A DNA stretch of 32,000 bases from Geobacter sulfurreducens PCA (GCF_000007985.2 NC_002939.5:2970001-3002000), one strand, 5' to 3'. Numbered from the stretch's first letter, positions 9,278 to 17,321 are shown. Numbers and translations are program-made. Notes: generated from the letters alone by a model not told the origin.

Positions 9278-9376
9278 TTATCTCCGAGCCCATCCGCCTA
9301 CCAGGAACATTCCCACGGCGGCCGGCCGACGGGTGTTGCTGGAAACGGCAGCGCCTCCCCTCTGGAAAGGAGATTC
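9278..9376 (+). promoter_or_regulatory. Moco (molybdenum/tungsten cofactor) riboswitch aptamer candidate
   Basis: P1: ATCTCC 9280..9285 pairs with GGAGAT 9369..9374. Conserved-looking blocks: CUCCGAGCC (9282..9290), a GNRA hairpin UGCUG-GAAA-CGGCA (9337..9350), and GCCUCCCCUCUGGAAAGGAG (9353..9372). The position upstream of tungstate and molybdopterin genes fits. Confidence 0.7.
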
Positions 9377-9394
9377 CGGGCCACGTGCGCCCAG

Positions 9395-9428
9395 AGACCC
9401 TTTCCAGCAGGAAGGGGTTTTGTGTTTT
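9395..9428 (+). terminator. Intrinsic terminator acting as the riboswitch expression platform
   Basis: CCCUUUCC (9398..9405) pairs with GGAAGGGG (9410..9417); loop AGCA; followed by UUUUGUGUUUU (9418..9428). The 5' arm CCUUUCCAG (9399..9407) can alternatively pair with aptamer CUGGAAAGG (9362..9370). Confidence 0.65.
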
Positions 9429-9460
9429 CCGCCCCTATTCAATCCCGGGAGGAAGCATCC

Positions 9461-9844
9461 ATGGTCATCATTACCGACACCCCCATCGATCCCACATCTG
9501 CCTACGGGCTTCTCTCAAAAGGGACTTCAGGCTCGATTGTCCTTCACTACGCCGTGGTGAAACAGGACGCCGGCAACAGCGCGCCTACCGCCTGCATCGA
9601 CTACCGGTTCGACGCTGGTGCGATCGAGGAACTGGAGGCAATCTCCGCCGAGCTGCGCCAGCAGTGGCAACTGGAAGACGTCCTTTTGATCAGGCGGGAG
9701 GGATGTCTGGGCGTCGGAGAGATCATCTCTCTTGCGGCCGCAAGCTCCCCTAACAGCGAGGACGCTTTTTCCGCCTGTCGGCACGGCATCGCCCGTCTCA
9801 AGAAAATGTCGACCGTTCACAAGCGGGAGAAGTTTGTAGAGTAG
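9461..9844 (+). CDS. Divergent MoaE-like (molybdopterin synthase large-subunit fold) protein, 127 aa
   Basis: ATG 9461 with RBS GGGAGGAAG (9447..9455). By-eye alignment to E. coli MoaE (from memory): GSIVLHYAVVK / GAVVTFTGKVR; LIRREGCLGVGEIISLAAASSPN / VIHRIGELWPGDEIVFVGVTSAHR; ARLKKMSTVHKRE / DYLKTRAPFWKRE. The track start at 9260 would run through the riboswitch. Confidence 0.7.
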   Translation: MVIITDTPIDPTSAYGLLSKGTSGSIVLHYAVVKQDAGNSAPTACIDYRFDAGAIEELEAISAELRQQWQLEDVLLIRREGCLGVGEIISLAAASSPNSEDAFSACRHGIARLKKMSTVHKREKFVE

Positions 9845-9872
9845 AAGCAATCCACCCAAAGGAGACTCGCCC

Positions 9873-10682
9873 ATGAAAATGTATCGTTCGTTCGCGGCAA
9901 CCCTCGTTGCACTCCTCATGCTCGTTACCGTTGCCGGCGCCGAGGAGCGCCTCAAGATGTCCACCACAACCTCCACCCAGGACTCGGGACTGCTCAAAGT
10001 TCTTCTTCCCCCGTTCGAGAAGAAGAACAATGTCAAAGTCGACGTGATAGCCGTGGGCACCGGCCAGGCCCTGAAACTGGGCGAAGCGGGCGATGTTGAT
10101 GTGGTCTTCGTTCATGCCCGCAAGCTGGAAGACAAGTTCGTGGCCGACGGCTTCGGCGTGAACCGCAAAGACGTCATGTACAACGACTTCGTCATCGTCG
10201 GCCCGAAAAACGATCCGGCAGGCATCGCCAAGGCGAAGACCGCCGCAGAGGCCCTGAAGCTGCTCGCGACAAAAGGAGCCACCTTCATTTCCCGGGGCGA
10301 CAAGTCGGGCACTCACACCAAGGAACTTGACCTCTGGAAGTCCGCCGGCGTTGATCCTAAAGGAAACTGGTATGTAGAAGCAGGCCAGGGCATGGGACCG
10401 GTCATCACCATGGCCACCGAGCGGCGCGCCTACACCCTGACCGACCGGGGGACCTACAACGCCTTCAAGGGCGCCAAAACCGACCTCGTGATCCTGTTCC
10501 AGGGTGAAAAAGGGCTCTTCAACCCCTACGGGATCATGGCCGTCAATCCGAAAAAATTCCCCCACGTCAAATATGACCTGGCCATGAAACTCATCGACTA
10601 CGTCACCGGCCCGGAGGGGCTGAAGATCATCTCCGACTACAAGGCCCACGGCGAGCCGGTCTTCTTTATTTACAAGAAATAG
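9873..10682 (+). CDS. tupA: Tungstate ABC transporter substrate-binding protein
   Basis: 269 aa with a signal peptide. The motif MSTTTSTQDSGLL (TTTS) and the GDKSGTH block are typical of TupA-type oxyanion-binding proteins. RBS AAAGGAGA. Confidence 0.85.
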   Translation: MKMYRSFAATLVALLMLVTVAGAEERLKMSTTTSTQDSGLLKVLLPPFEKKNNVKVDVIAVGTGQALKLGEAGDVDVVFVHARKLEDKFVADGFGVNRKDVMYNDFVIVGPKNDPAGIAKAKTAAEALKLLATKGATFISRGDKSGTHTKELDLWKSAGVDPKGNWYVEAGQGMGPVITMATERRAYTLTDRGTYNAFKGAKTDLVILFQGEKGLFNPYGIMAVNPKKFPHVKYDLAMKLIDYVTGPEGLKIISDYKAHGEPVFFIYKK

Positions 10683-10698
10683 AAATCATCATAGCATT

Positions 10699-10738
10699 GA
10701 ACCGCTGATCGGGGGTATCTGTGACCGGTCAGCGGTTC
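10699..10738 (+). promoter_or_regulatory. Intercistronic stem-loop between tupA and tupB
   Basis: GAACCGCTGA (10699..10708) pairs perfectly with TCAGCGGTTC (10729..10738) around a 20-nt loop. It is followed by GCTTTC, with no strong U-tract. Confidence 0.4.
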
Positions 10739-10754
10739 GCTTTCATCCGAAGCC

Positions 10755-11441
10755 ATGGACTTTTATTCCGAATCCCTGACGACCGCCCTCCAGCTCATTG
10801 CCTCCCGCGACCCGGACGTGGTGAGCGCGGTGACCGTGTCGATCGTCGTCTCGCTCTGGTCGACCCTGTTCGCTGCCCTGGCCGGCGTGCCTGCGGGAGT
10901 GGCGGTGGCGGTGGCTGAGTTTCCCGGCAAGCGGGCCGTGGTGACGCTGCTCAACACCCTCATGGCCCTGCCCACGGTGGTGGTGGGACTCTTTGTCTAC
11001 AGCCTCATCAGCCGCCAGGGACCCTTGGGCGAATTCGGCCTTCTCTTCACCCCCTGGGCCATGGTCGTGGGTCAGACGCTCCTGGCCATCCCCATCGTGG
11101 CGAACCTGACCATGAGCGCCATCAAGGGTGCCGATCCCCGCATCGTCCCAACGGCCCTCACCCTGGGCGCCGGGCCGTTCGAAAGTATCCGACGACTGGT
11201 ACTGGAAATGCGTTTCGGCATCATGGCCGCGCTCATTGCCGCCTTTGGCCGGGTCATCGCCGAGGTGGGAGTTGCCATGATGCTCGGCGGCAACATCCGG
11301 GGCCATACCCGGACCATGACGACCGCCATCGCCATGGAGACCGGCAAGGGGGAATTCGCCCTGGGGCTCGCCCTGGGGCTCATCCTCATGGCGGTCGCGC
11401 TGATCGTCAACATGGCTCTCAACGCCCTGCAGCAGAGGTGA
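10755..11441 (+). CDS. tupB: Tungstate ABC transporter permease
   Basis: 228 aa, multi-TM, with an EAA-like loop LTLGAGPFESIRRLVLEMRFGIMAALIAAFGR. Lies between tupA and the ATPase gene. Confidence 0.85.
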   Translation: MDFYSESLTTALQLIASRDPDVVSAVTVSIVVSLWSTLFAALAGVPAGVAVAVAEFPGKRAVVTLLNTLMALPTVVVGLFVYSLISRQGPLGEFGLLFTPWAMVVGQTLLAIPIVANLTMSAIKGADPRIVPTALTLGAGPFESIRRLVLEMRFGIMAALIAAFGRVIAEVGVAMMLGGNIRGHTRTMTTAIAMETGKGEFALGLALGLILMAVALIVNMALNALQQR

Positions 11442-11448
11442 CAGCACC

Positions 11449-12189
11449 ATGAGCGAATGCATCCGGCTCACCAACATACGCACTACCTACGCCGGCCGGA
11501 CCGTCCTTGCCATTGACCGGCTCACGCTGCGCAGCGGCAGAATCTATACCCTCACCGGCGCCAACGGTGCTGGGAAGAGCACCCTCCTCTCCCACCTGGC
11601 TCTCCTCACGGCACCCACAAGCGGCGAAATCGTCTTCGGCGACCGGACGGTGCGCTGGAACAATGGATCACTTCAGCACCTGCGGCGCCAAGTCACCCTG
11701 GTGCACCAGTCTCCGTACCTGTTCACCGGCAGTGTTTTCACCAACGTGGCCTACGGGCTCAAACTTCGCGGCGTCCACGGTGAAGAACTAAAGAGCAGGG
11801 TCGAGAGTGCCCTGACCCTTGTGGGTCTCGGCGGATTCGGCGATCGTCGCTCCCGTGAGCTCTCCGGCGGAGAGGCCCAGCGGGTCGCCCTGGCCAGGGC
11901 GCTGGCACTCAGAACGAGCATCCTGCTTCTGGACGAGCCCCTGGCCAACGTCGACCGGGCAACGAGTGAGCTCCTCACCTCCATCATCGCCGGTCTGCCG
12001 GCCGATGGGACCACGGTCATCATGACCACCCACGATCCCGAGCATGCGGAGCGGCTGGGAGGAGATCGCATTCACCTGGTGGCGGGCGAACTGGCCAACC
12101 CACTTACGGGCGTCAAATTATCCAGCAGCGAAGGAGACGAATTGTGCCGTCTTTCACCGAAGCCCGCAGCATTATTCTCGATCGCGTAG
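11449..12189 (+). CDS. tupC: Tungstate ABC transporter ATP-binding protein
   Basis: Walker A GANGAGKST, signature LSGGEAQR, Walker B ILLLDEP, H-loop TTHD. Its 3' end overlaps moeA by 46 nt. Confidence 0.9.
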   Translation: MSECIRLTNIRTTYAGRTVLAIDRLTLRSGRIYTLTGANGAGKSTLLSHLALLTAPTSGEIVFGDRTVRWNNGSLQHLRRQVTLVHQSPYLFTGSVFTNVAYGLKLRGVHGEELKSRVESALTLVGLGGFGDRRSRELSGGEAQRVALARALALRTSILLLDEPLANVDRATSELLTSIIAGLPADGTTVIMTTHDPEHAERLGGDRIHLVAGELANPLTGVKLSSSEGDELCRLSPKPAALFSIA

Positions 12190-13361
12190 CGCCGCTCGGC
12201 GTCGAGCGGGTGGGCATCCTGGAGGCCGTCGGCCGGGTTCTTGCCGAGAACCTGATCGCCCCCTGGGAGATGCCCCTCTGCGACAACTCCGCCATGGACG
12301 GCTTTGCCGTGCGCGCCGACGACTGTGGTGAGACTCCGGTATCCCTGAAGGTTACGGGCTATATCCCCGCCGGCGGCCGGCCCGCCGGTCCGGTGGAGCC
12401 CGGCTGCGCCATCAGGATCATGACCGGCGCACCGGTCCCGTCCGGCTGCGACGCGGTGGTGCCGGTGGAAGAAACCGAAGATGAAGGCGACGCGGTCCGG
12501 ATCATGGCCACGGTCGCGCGTCGCCAGCACATCCGCTTCAAGGGAGAAGATGTCGCCACGGGCGATATCGTCGTCCCCCGCGGCACCCTGCTCCAGCCCC
12601 CCGAAATCAGCATGCTCGCATCCTTCGGCAAGGCACTGGTGCCGGTATTTCGCAAGGCCCGGGTCGCCATTCTGTCCACCGGCGACGAACTGGTCGAATT
12701 GGGCGAGTCCCCCGCACCGGGTACGATCATCAACTCCAACGCCCTGTCCCTGGCAGCCGCGGTACGCCAGTGCGGCGCCGAACCAGTTATCATCGGCATC
12801 GCCCGCGACAACCGGGAAAGCCATCGCGAAAAGCTTGCCGAAGGGCTTAAAGCCGACGTTCTCATCACGTCGGCCGGCGTCTCGGCCGGCGACCGCGACC
12901 TGGTCCGCGATGTCCTGGCCGAACTGGGGGCTGAACAGCTCTTCTGGAAGGTCGACATGAAACCCGGCGGCCCCACCGCTTTCAGCATGCATGGTCCGGT
13001 ACCGGTCTTCTCCCTTCCCGGCAACCCGGTCTCCACCATGATCACCTTCGAGTTCTTCGTCCGTCCGGCGCTCCTGCGGATGATGGGACACAGCCGCGTG
13101 GTGCGCCCCTTTGTTAAGGCCACTCTGCTGGAAGAGGCACGCAAGAAACCGGGCAAGGTAAACTTCCTCCGGGTACAGGCGACAGAACGGGACGGCCGTC
13201 TGGTGGCATCCACTGCCGGTGAGCAGCACACCGGCATTCTCAGGACCATGGTCAATGCCAACGCTCTGGTGCTGCTTCCCCGGGAGGCCTCGGTCGTCCC
13301 GGCCGGAAGCGAGGTGGAGATGATGATCCTGCGGGACGACGTTACGATGCTGGAACGCTAA
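12144..13361 (+). CDS. moeA: Molybdopterin molybdotransferase
   Basis: 405 aa. GTG 12144 with RBS AAGGAGA (12131..12137). MoeA hallmarks: SAMDGFAV, RIMTGAP, STGDEL, INSNA, ITSAGVSAGDRD and LPGNPVS. Confidence 0.95.
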   Translation: MPSFTEARSIILDRVAPLGVERVGILEAVGRVLAENLIAPWEMPLCDNSAMDGFAVRADDCGETPVSLKVTGYIPAGGRPAGPVEPGCAIRIMTGAPVPSGCDAVVPVEETEDEGDAVRIMATVARRQHIRFKGEDVATGDIVVPRGTLLQPPEISMLASFGKALVPVFRKARVAILSTGDELVELGESPAPGTIINSNALSLAAAVRQCGAEPVIIGIARDNRESHREKLAEGLKADVLITSAGVSAGDRDLVRDVLAELGAEQLFWKVDMKPGGPTAFSMHGPVPVFSLPGNPVSTMITFEFFVRPALLRMMGHSRVVRPFVKATLLEEARKKPGKVNFLRVQATERDGRLVASTAGEQHTGILRTMVNANALVLLPREASVVPAGSEVEMMILRDDVTMLER

Positions 13362-13373
13362 GGGAGATCGCGT

Positions 13374-13856
13374 ATGTCCTTCAACCATTTTGACGACCAG
13401 GGACGGGCCATCATGGTGGACGTGAGCGGCAAGCAGCCGACCCTGCGCACCGCTACGGCCGCCGCCACGGTGTCAATGCAGCCGGACACCCTGGCCGACC
13501 TGCTGGCCGGCCGGACCACCAAGGGCGATGTCCTGGGCGTGGCACGGATCGCGGGTATCGCCGCCGCCAAGAAGACACCGGAGCTGATCCCCCTTTCCCA
13601 CCCGCTGGCCATCCACCATGCGGCAATCGATTTCGATACCGACCAGGCCTGCGGCACCGTCACCGTCAGAGCCACGGTACGGGCCTTCGAGCGGACCGGC
13701 GTGGAGATGGAAGCCATGACCTCGGCGGCCGTGGCAGCTCTCACCATCTATGACATGTGCAAGGGGGCCGACAAGGGAATCACCATCGGTCAGATTCGCC
13801 TTCTTTTCAAGGAGGGGGGGAAGAGCGGCACCTGGCAGAGGGAGGAAGGACAATGA
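13374..13856 (+). CDS. moaC: Cyclic pyranopterin monophosphate synthase
   Basis: 160 aa. MVDVSGK...KGDVLGVARIAGIAAAKKTPELIPLSHPL...ALTIYDMCK is the canonical MoaC sequence pattern. Confidence 0.95.
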   Translation: MSFNHFDDQGRAIMVDVSGKQPTLRTATAAATVSMQPDTLADLLAGRTTKGDVLGVARIAGIAAAKKTPELIPLSHPLAIHHAAIDFDTDQACGTVTVRATVRAFERTGVEMEAMTSAAVAALTIYDMCKGADKGITIGQIRLLFKEGGKSGTWQREEGQ

Positions 13857-14344
13857 AGGCGGCGATTCTTACCCTGAGCGACAAGGGCTCCCGGGGCGAA
13901 CGGGCCGACGCCAGCGGCCCGGCCCTCGTCGCATGGCTGGCGGAGCGGGGCGTCGAAACGGTGCGCACAGAGATCATCCCCGACGAGGCGGACCTTATCT
14001 CCGCCCGCCTCGCTGCATGGGCCGACGCGGGAGACGCGGACCTGATCCTCACAACAGGCGGCACCGGAGTCTCCCCCCGGGACGTTACCCCCGATGCCAC
14101 CATGACGATTCTTGATCGACTCATCCCCGGTTTCGGCGAGGTGATGCGGATGCGGAGCCTCCAGAAGACCCCCAACGCCATGATCTCTCGGGCCGTGGCC
14201 GGGATCAGGGGAACCGCCTTGATCATCAACCTTCCCGGCAGCCCCCGTGGCGCTGTTGAAAACCTGGAAGCGGTCTGGCCGGCCGTACCGCACGCCGTTG
14301 AAAAAATCCAGGGCGACACCCGCGACTGCGCCCCAGTACACTGA
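13853..14344 (+). CDS. mog: MogA/MoaB-family molybdopterin adenylyltransferase
   Basis: ATG 13853 overlaps the moaC stop (ATGA). MKAAILTLSDKGSRGER...ILTTGGTGVSPRDVTPDAT...INLPGSP. The track start at 13757 lies inside moaC and is rejected. Confidence 0.9.
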   Translation: MKAAILTLSDKGSRGERADASGPALVAWLAERGVETVRTEIIPDEADLISARLAAWADAGDADLILTTGGTGVSPRDVTPDATMTILDRLIPGFGEVMRMRSLQKTPNAMISRAVAGIRGTALIINLPGSPRGAVENLEAVWPAVPHAVEKIQGDTRDCAPVH

Positions 14345-14369
14345 AGCAATCTCTCTTTCAGCCATCCCG

Positions 14370-14394
14370 AAACCCGGCCCACGCCGGGTTTTTT
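14370..14394 (+). terminator. Intrinsic terminator ending the W/Mo operon
   Basis: AAACCCGGC (14370..14378) pairs with GCCGGGTTT (14383..14391); loop CCAC; T-run 14389..14394. Confidence 0.7.
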
Positions 14395-14395
14395 G

Positions 14396-14424
14396 TTGAC
14401 CGGGTCCCTGGTATGGGCTATACA
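14396..14424 (+). promoter_or_regulatory. Possible sigma70 promoter of pta
   Basis: TTGACC (14396..14401), a 17-nt spacer, then TATACA (14419..14424), 40 nt upstream of ATG 14465. RBS AAGGAGGA. Confidence 0.4.
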
Positions 14425-14464
14425 CTAGAATTCCGTTTTAATTTTAGACCAAGGAGGATCGACC

Positions 14465-15466
14465 ATGGGTCTGATGGACCAAATCAGGGCTAAAGCCCGG
14501 AACAACCTGCAAACAATTGTGCTCCCGGAGAGCTATGATGACCGGATGTATGCCGCCGCCCAACAGATCGTGGAACAGGGTTTGGCAAAAGTCGTCATGC
14601 TTGGCAATGCCGACACCATCGCCAGGAAAGCGGCCGACCTCGGCGCCACCATCTCCGGGGTCGAATTGATCGATCCGGCCACGTCTCCCAAGCTCAACGA
14701 ATATGCCGACGCCTTCGTGGAACTCCGCAAGAGCAAGGGACTCTCCAAGGATGACGCACTGAAGCTCCTCACTGCGGCAGACAACCTCTACTATGCCGGC
14801 ATGATGGTCCGCCAGGGTGACGCCGGAGGAGAAGTGGCCGGCGCCACCGGCACCACCGGCGACGTGCTCCGGGCAGCTTTTCAGACCGTGGGCCCTGCCA
14901 AGGGGATCAAAACGGTTTCCTCATTTTTCTTCATGGTCACCAAGACCCCGTCCTTCGGCGAAAACGGCATCATCTTCTTTGCCGACTGCGCCGTAAACCC
15001 CAACCCCGATGCCCAGGCCCTGGCCGACATCGCCGTGGCCACCGCCCGCAACTGCAAGGCCTTCCTCGACGTGGACGCCCGGGTGGCCATGCTCTCCTTC
15101 TCCACCAAGGGAAGCGCATCCCATGCCGACGTGGACAAGGTTCTCAAGGCAATGGAACTGGCCAAGGCCATTGACCCCGCGCTTCAGATCGACGGTGAAC
15201 TCCAGGCCGACGCGGCCCTCCTTCCCAAGGTGGGCGAGCGCAAGGCCCCGGGCAGCACCGTGGCCGGCAAGGCCAACGTTCTCATCTTCCCGGACCTGGA
15301 CGCCGGCAATATTGCCTACAAGCTCGTGGAGCGAGTGGCCGGCGCAGAGGCCATCGGCCCAATCATCCAGGGCCTGGCAAAGCCGGTGAATGACCTCTCC
15401 CGGGGCTGTTCGGTGGAAGACATCGTCAATGTTGCCGCCATTACCGCGGTCCAGGCCCAAGGATAA
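14465..15466 (+). CDS. pta: Phosphate acetyltransferase (short, about 330-aa type)
   Basis: 333 aa. IVLPE...[20 protein letters not shown] and the C-terminal [12 protein letters not shown] are the PTA_PTB family pattern. Confidence 0.95.
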   Translation: MGLMDQIRAKARNNLQTIVLPESYDDRMYAAAQQIVEQGLAKVVMLGNADTIARKAADLGATISGVELIDPATSPKLNEYADAFVELRKSKGLSKDDALKLLTAADNLYYAGMMVRQGDAGGEVAGATGTTGDVLRAAFQTVGPAKGIKTVSSFFFMVTKTPSFGENGIIFFADCAVNPNPDAQALADIAVATARNCKAFLDVDARVAMLSFSTKGSASHADVDKVLKAMELAKAIDPALQIDGELQADAALLPKVGERKAPGSTVAGKANVLIFPDLDAGNIAYKLVERVAGAEAIGPIIQGLAKPVNDLSRGCSVEDIVNVAAITAVQAQG

Positions 15467-15489
15467 CCAGTCCGCGAACGAAGCACCAC

Positions 15490-15521
15490 AAAAGGCCGCC
15501 GACATCCCCCGGCGGCCTTTT
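15490..15521 (+). terminator. Intrinsic terminator of pta
   Basis: AAAAGGCCGCCG (15490..15501) pairs with CGGCGGCCTTTT (15510..15521) around an 8-nt loop. Confidence 0.7.
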
Positions 15522-15546
15522 GCCCTCCCCCATCTCCATCATCCAC

Positions 15547-15581
15547 GCAAAAAGGCCGTCGGACTGCTGCCCGACGGCCTT
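15547..15581 (-). terminator. Intrinsic terminator of ackA
   Basis: Minus strand reads AAGGCCGTCGG-GCAGCAGT-CCGACGGCCTT followed by TTTGCG. It sits 30 nt after the ackA stop. Confidence 0.7.
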
Positions 15582-15610
15582 CAGCGTTTCAGGATCCGTT
15601 GTGCGGATCG

Positions 15611-16879
15611 TTACTTTCTCACAAAGTCCGTCCGTGCAAACGAATAGTCGAAATTCATGTGATCGGTGTAGGTGCCGTTGAGAATGGCCACCACGTCCTC
15701 GGTAAAGACGAGCTCTTCATCCGTGGGGATGACGAACACCTTGATGGGGGAGTCATCGGTAGTGATGAGGCTTTCCCGCTTGCGGGTCATGGCCCCCTTG
15801 TTCCGTTCGCGGTCAAGCTTGATGCCAATTCCTTCAAGGCCCTCGATGGTTTTCTCACGAATGGGCCACCCCATCTCCCCCACACCGGCGGTGAAGACCA
15901 CGGCGTCGAGGCGCCCCAGCACGGCCATATAGGTCCCGATGTACTTTTTCAGACGGTAGGCCTCGATATCAAGAGCCACCTTGCAGCGATGATCACCATT
16001 GGACGCATGTTCGATCACGTCGCGGCGGTCCGTAAAGCGACCGGTCACCCCGAGCACCCCACTCTTCTTGTTGAGGATGCTGTCGATCTCCTTGGCGGAA
16101 AGATTTTCCTTCTGCATCATGAACGCGGGGATGGCCGGATCGATGTCGCCGCAGCGAGTCCCCATGACGGCACCTTCGAGGGGGGTAAGCCCCATGCTCG
16201 TATCAACGGAAACTCCACCCTTGATGGCACAGTGGGACACCCCGTTGCCGATATGCATGGTGATGATGTTGCACTCGGAAGGCGTCTTGCCGAGAAGAAC
16301 GGCAGCCCGCTTCGATACGTAGAGATGGGACGTACCGTGAAAGCCATAGCGACGCACACCGTATTTTTCGTACCACTCGTAGGGAAGCGGATAGAGGTAG
16401 GCATGCTCGGGCATGGTCTGATGGAACGCCGTATCGAAAATGGCCACGTGGGGAACGTGGGGGAGAACCGCCTGAGCGGCCTCGATACCGGCGATGTTGG
16501 GGGGGTTGTGCAGGGGGGCCAGATGCTGGACCTCCTTGACCGCGTCCAGCACCTTTTCGTCAATGAGCACCGAACGGGTGAACATTTCCCCCCCGTGGAC
16601 GACCCGGTGACCGACCGCGGATATCTCGTTGATATCCTTCAGAACGCCATGATCTGCATCCACGACGGTCCTGATGATCAGATCGATGGCCACCTGGTGA
16701 TCGGGACACTCATACTCTTTTCGGTACGTTTCCCGACCCGGCACCTCGTGCATGATGAACGAGTCGCCGATAATGACCCGCTCCACCATACCCTTGGCAA
16801 CGACCTCTTTTCTCTCCCAGTCGAACAGCTGGTACTTCACCGATGAGCTGCCGCAATTGAGGGCAAGTATGATCATCAT
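15611..16879 (-). CDS. ackA: Acetate kinase
   Basis: 422 aa. ILALNCGSSSVKYQLFD, GHRVVHGG, FDTAFHQTMP, RYGFHGTSH and FTAGVGE are all present. AGGAGG is only 1 nt from ATG 16879, so the second ATG (16876) may be the real start. Confidence 0.95.
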   Translation of the reverse strand: MMIILALNCGSSSVKYQLFDWERKEVVAKGMVERVIIGDSFIMHEVPGRETYRKEYECPDHQVAIDLIIRTVVDADHGVLKDINEISAVGHRVVHGGEMFTRSVLIDEKVLDAVKEVQHLAPLHNPPNIAGIEAAQAVLPHVPHVAIFDTAFHQTMPEHAYLYPLPYEWYEKYGVRRYGFHGTSHLYVSKRAAVLLGKTPSECNIITMHIGNGVSHCAIKGGVSVDTSMGLTPLEGAVMGTRCGDIDPAIPAFMMQKENLSAKEIDSILNKKSGVLGVTGRFTDRRDVIEHASNGDHRCKVALDIEAYRLKKYIGTYMAVLGRLDAVVFTAGVGEMGWPIREKTIEGLEGIGIKLDRERNKGAMTRKRESLITTDDSPIKVFVIPTDEELVFTEDVVAILNGTYTDHMNFDYSFARTDFVRK

Positions 16880-17062
16880 TCCTCCTGATTGAGCGAAAAT
16901 AAAAATTGTTCAACGCGAATAAAACAAGCAATTTCAAGATGATTTAAGAGAGATGATACAGATGGGGACAGAAAAATAAAACTGTTTTTTACATATACAA
17001 TACGGAAAAGTCGAATTCAAGTTTTTTTAAGGGGCAGGGTCTGACCGGCAAAACCTTTCCTC

Positions 17063-17091
17063 TGGACTTCACAGAAGCCCTGTGATATGTT
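17063..17091 (+). promoter_or_regulatory. Possible extended -10 promoter of the ferredoxin gene
   Basis: TGGACT (17063..17068), a 17-nt spacer ending in TGA, then TATGTT (17086..17091). It lies in an AT-rich divergent ackA/ferredoxin intergenic region. Confidence 0.3.
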
Positions 17092-17130
17092 TACGCCGCT
17101 TTTAGAAAACACTTTATAAGGAGGTATACC

Positions 17131-17301
17131 GTGTCCCACGCTATTTCCGACGACTGCACCAACTGCGGCGCCTGTGTCGATTCCTGCCCGGTCAACGCTA
17201 TTGCACCGGCCGGTGACAAGCACAAGATTGATGCAGATACCTGTATCGACTGCGGCGCTTGTGTCGACACCTGCCCGGTAAGCGCTATCAGCGCAGCCTA
17301 A
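17131..17301 (+). CDS. Clostridial-type 2x[4Fe-4S] ferredoxin, 56 aa
   Basis: Hand translation. GTG 17131 follows AAGGAGG (17118..17124). Product: [56 protein letters not shown], stop TAA 17299..17301. Two CxxCxxCxxxCP clusters. Absent from the ORF track (under 60 aa). Confidence 0.85.
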   Translation: MSHAISDDCTNCGACVDSCPVNAIAPAGDKHKIDADTCIDCGACVDTCPVSAISAA

Positions 17302-17321
17302 CCGACAGGTCGTACCACTTC

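Noticed and set aside
9260-9460. N-terminal extension of the moaE-like ORF. Analogous extensions occur in the track at 13757..13852, 23704..23763, 26375..26440, 26971..27225, 27684..28001, 20728..20811 and 19068..19178.
   Set aside because: The extensions cross a riboswitch/terminator or the preceding gene, are Arg/Pro/Gly-rich, and end at internal ATGs with good RBSs, signal peptides or canonical family N-termini. These are maximal-ORF artefacts.
17017-17223. 68-aa minus-strand ORF listed in the track across the ferredoxin locus.
   Set aside because: The opposite strand encodes a textbook 2x[4Fe-4S] ferredoxin with a strong RBS and terminators. The minus ORF has no RBS and no recognisable motif.
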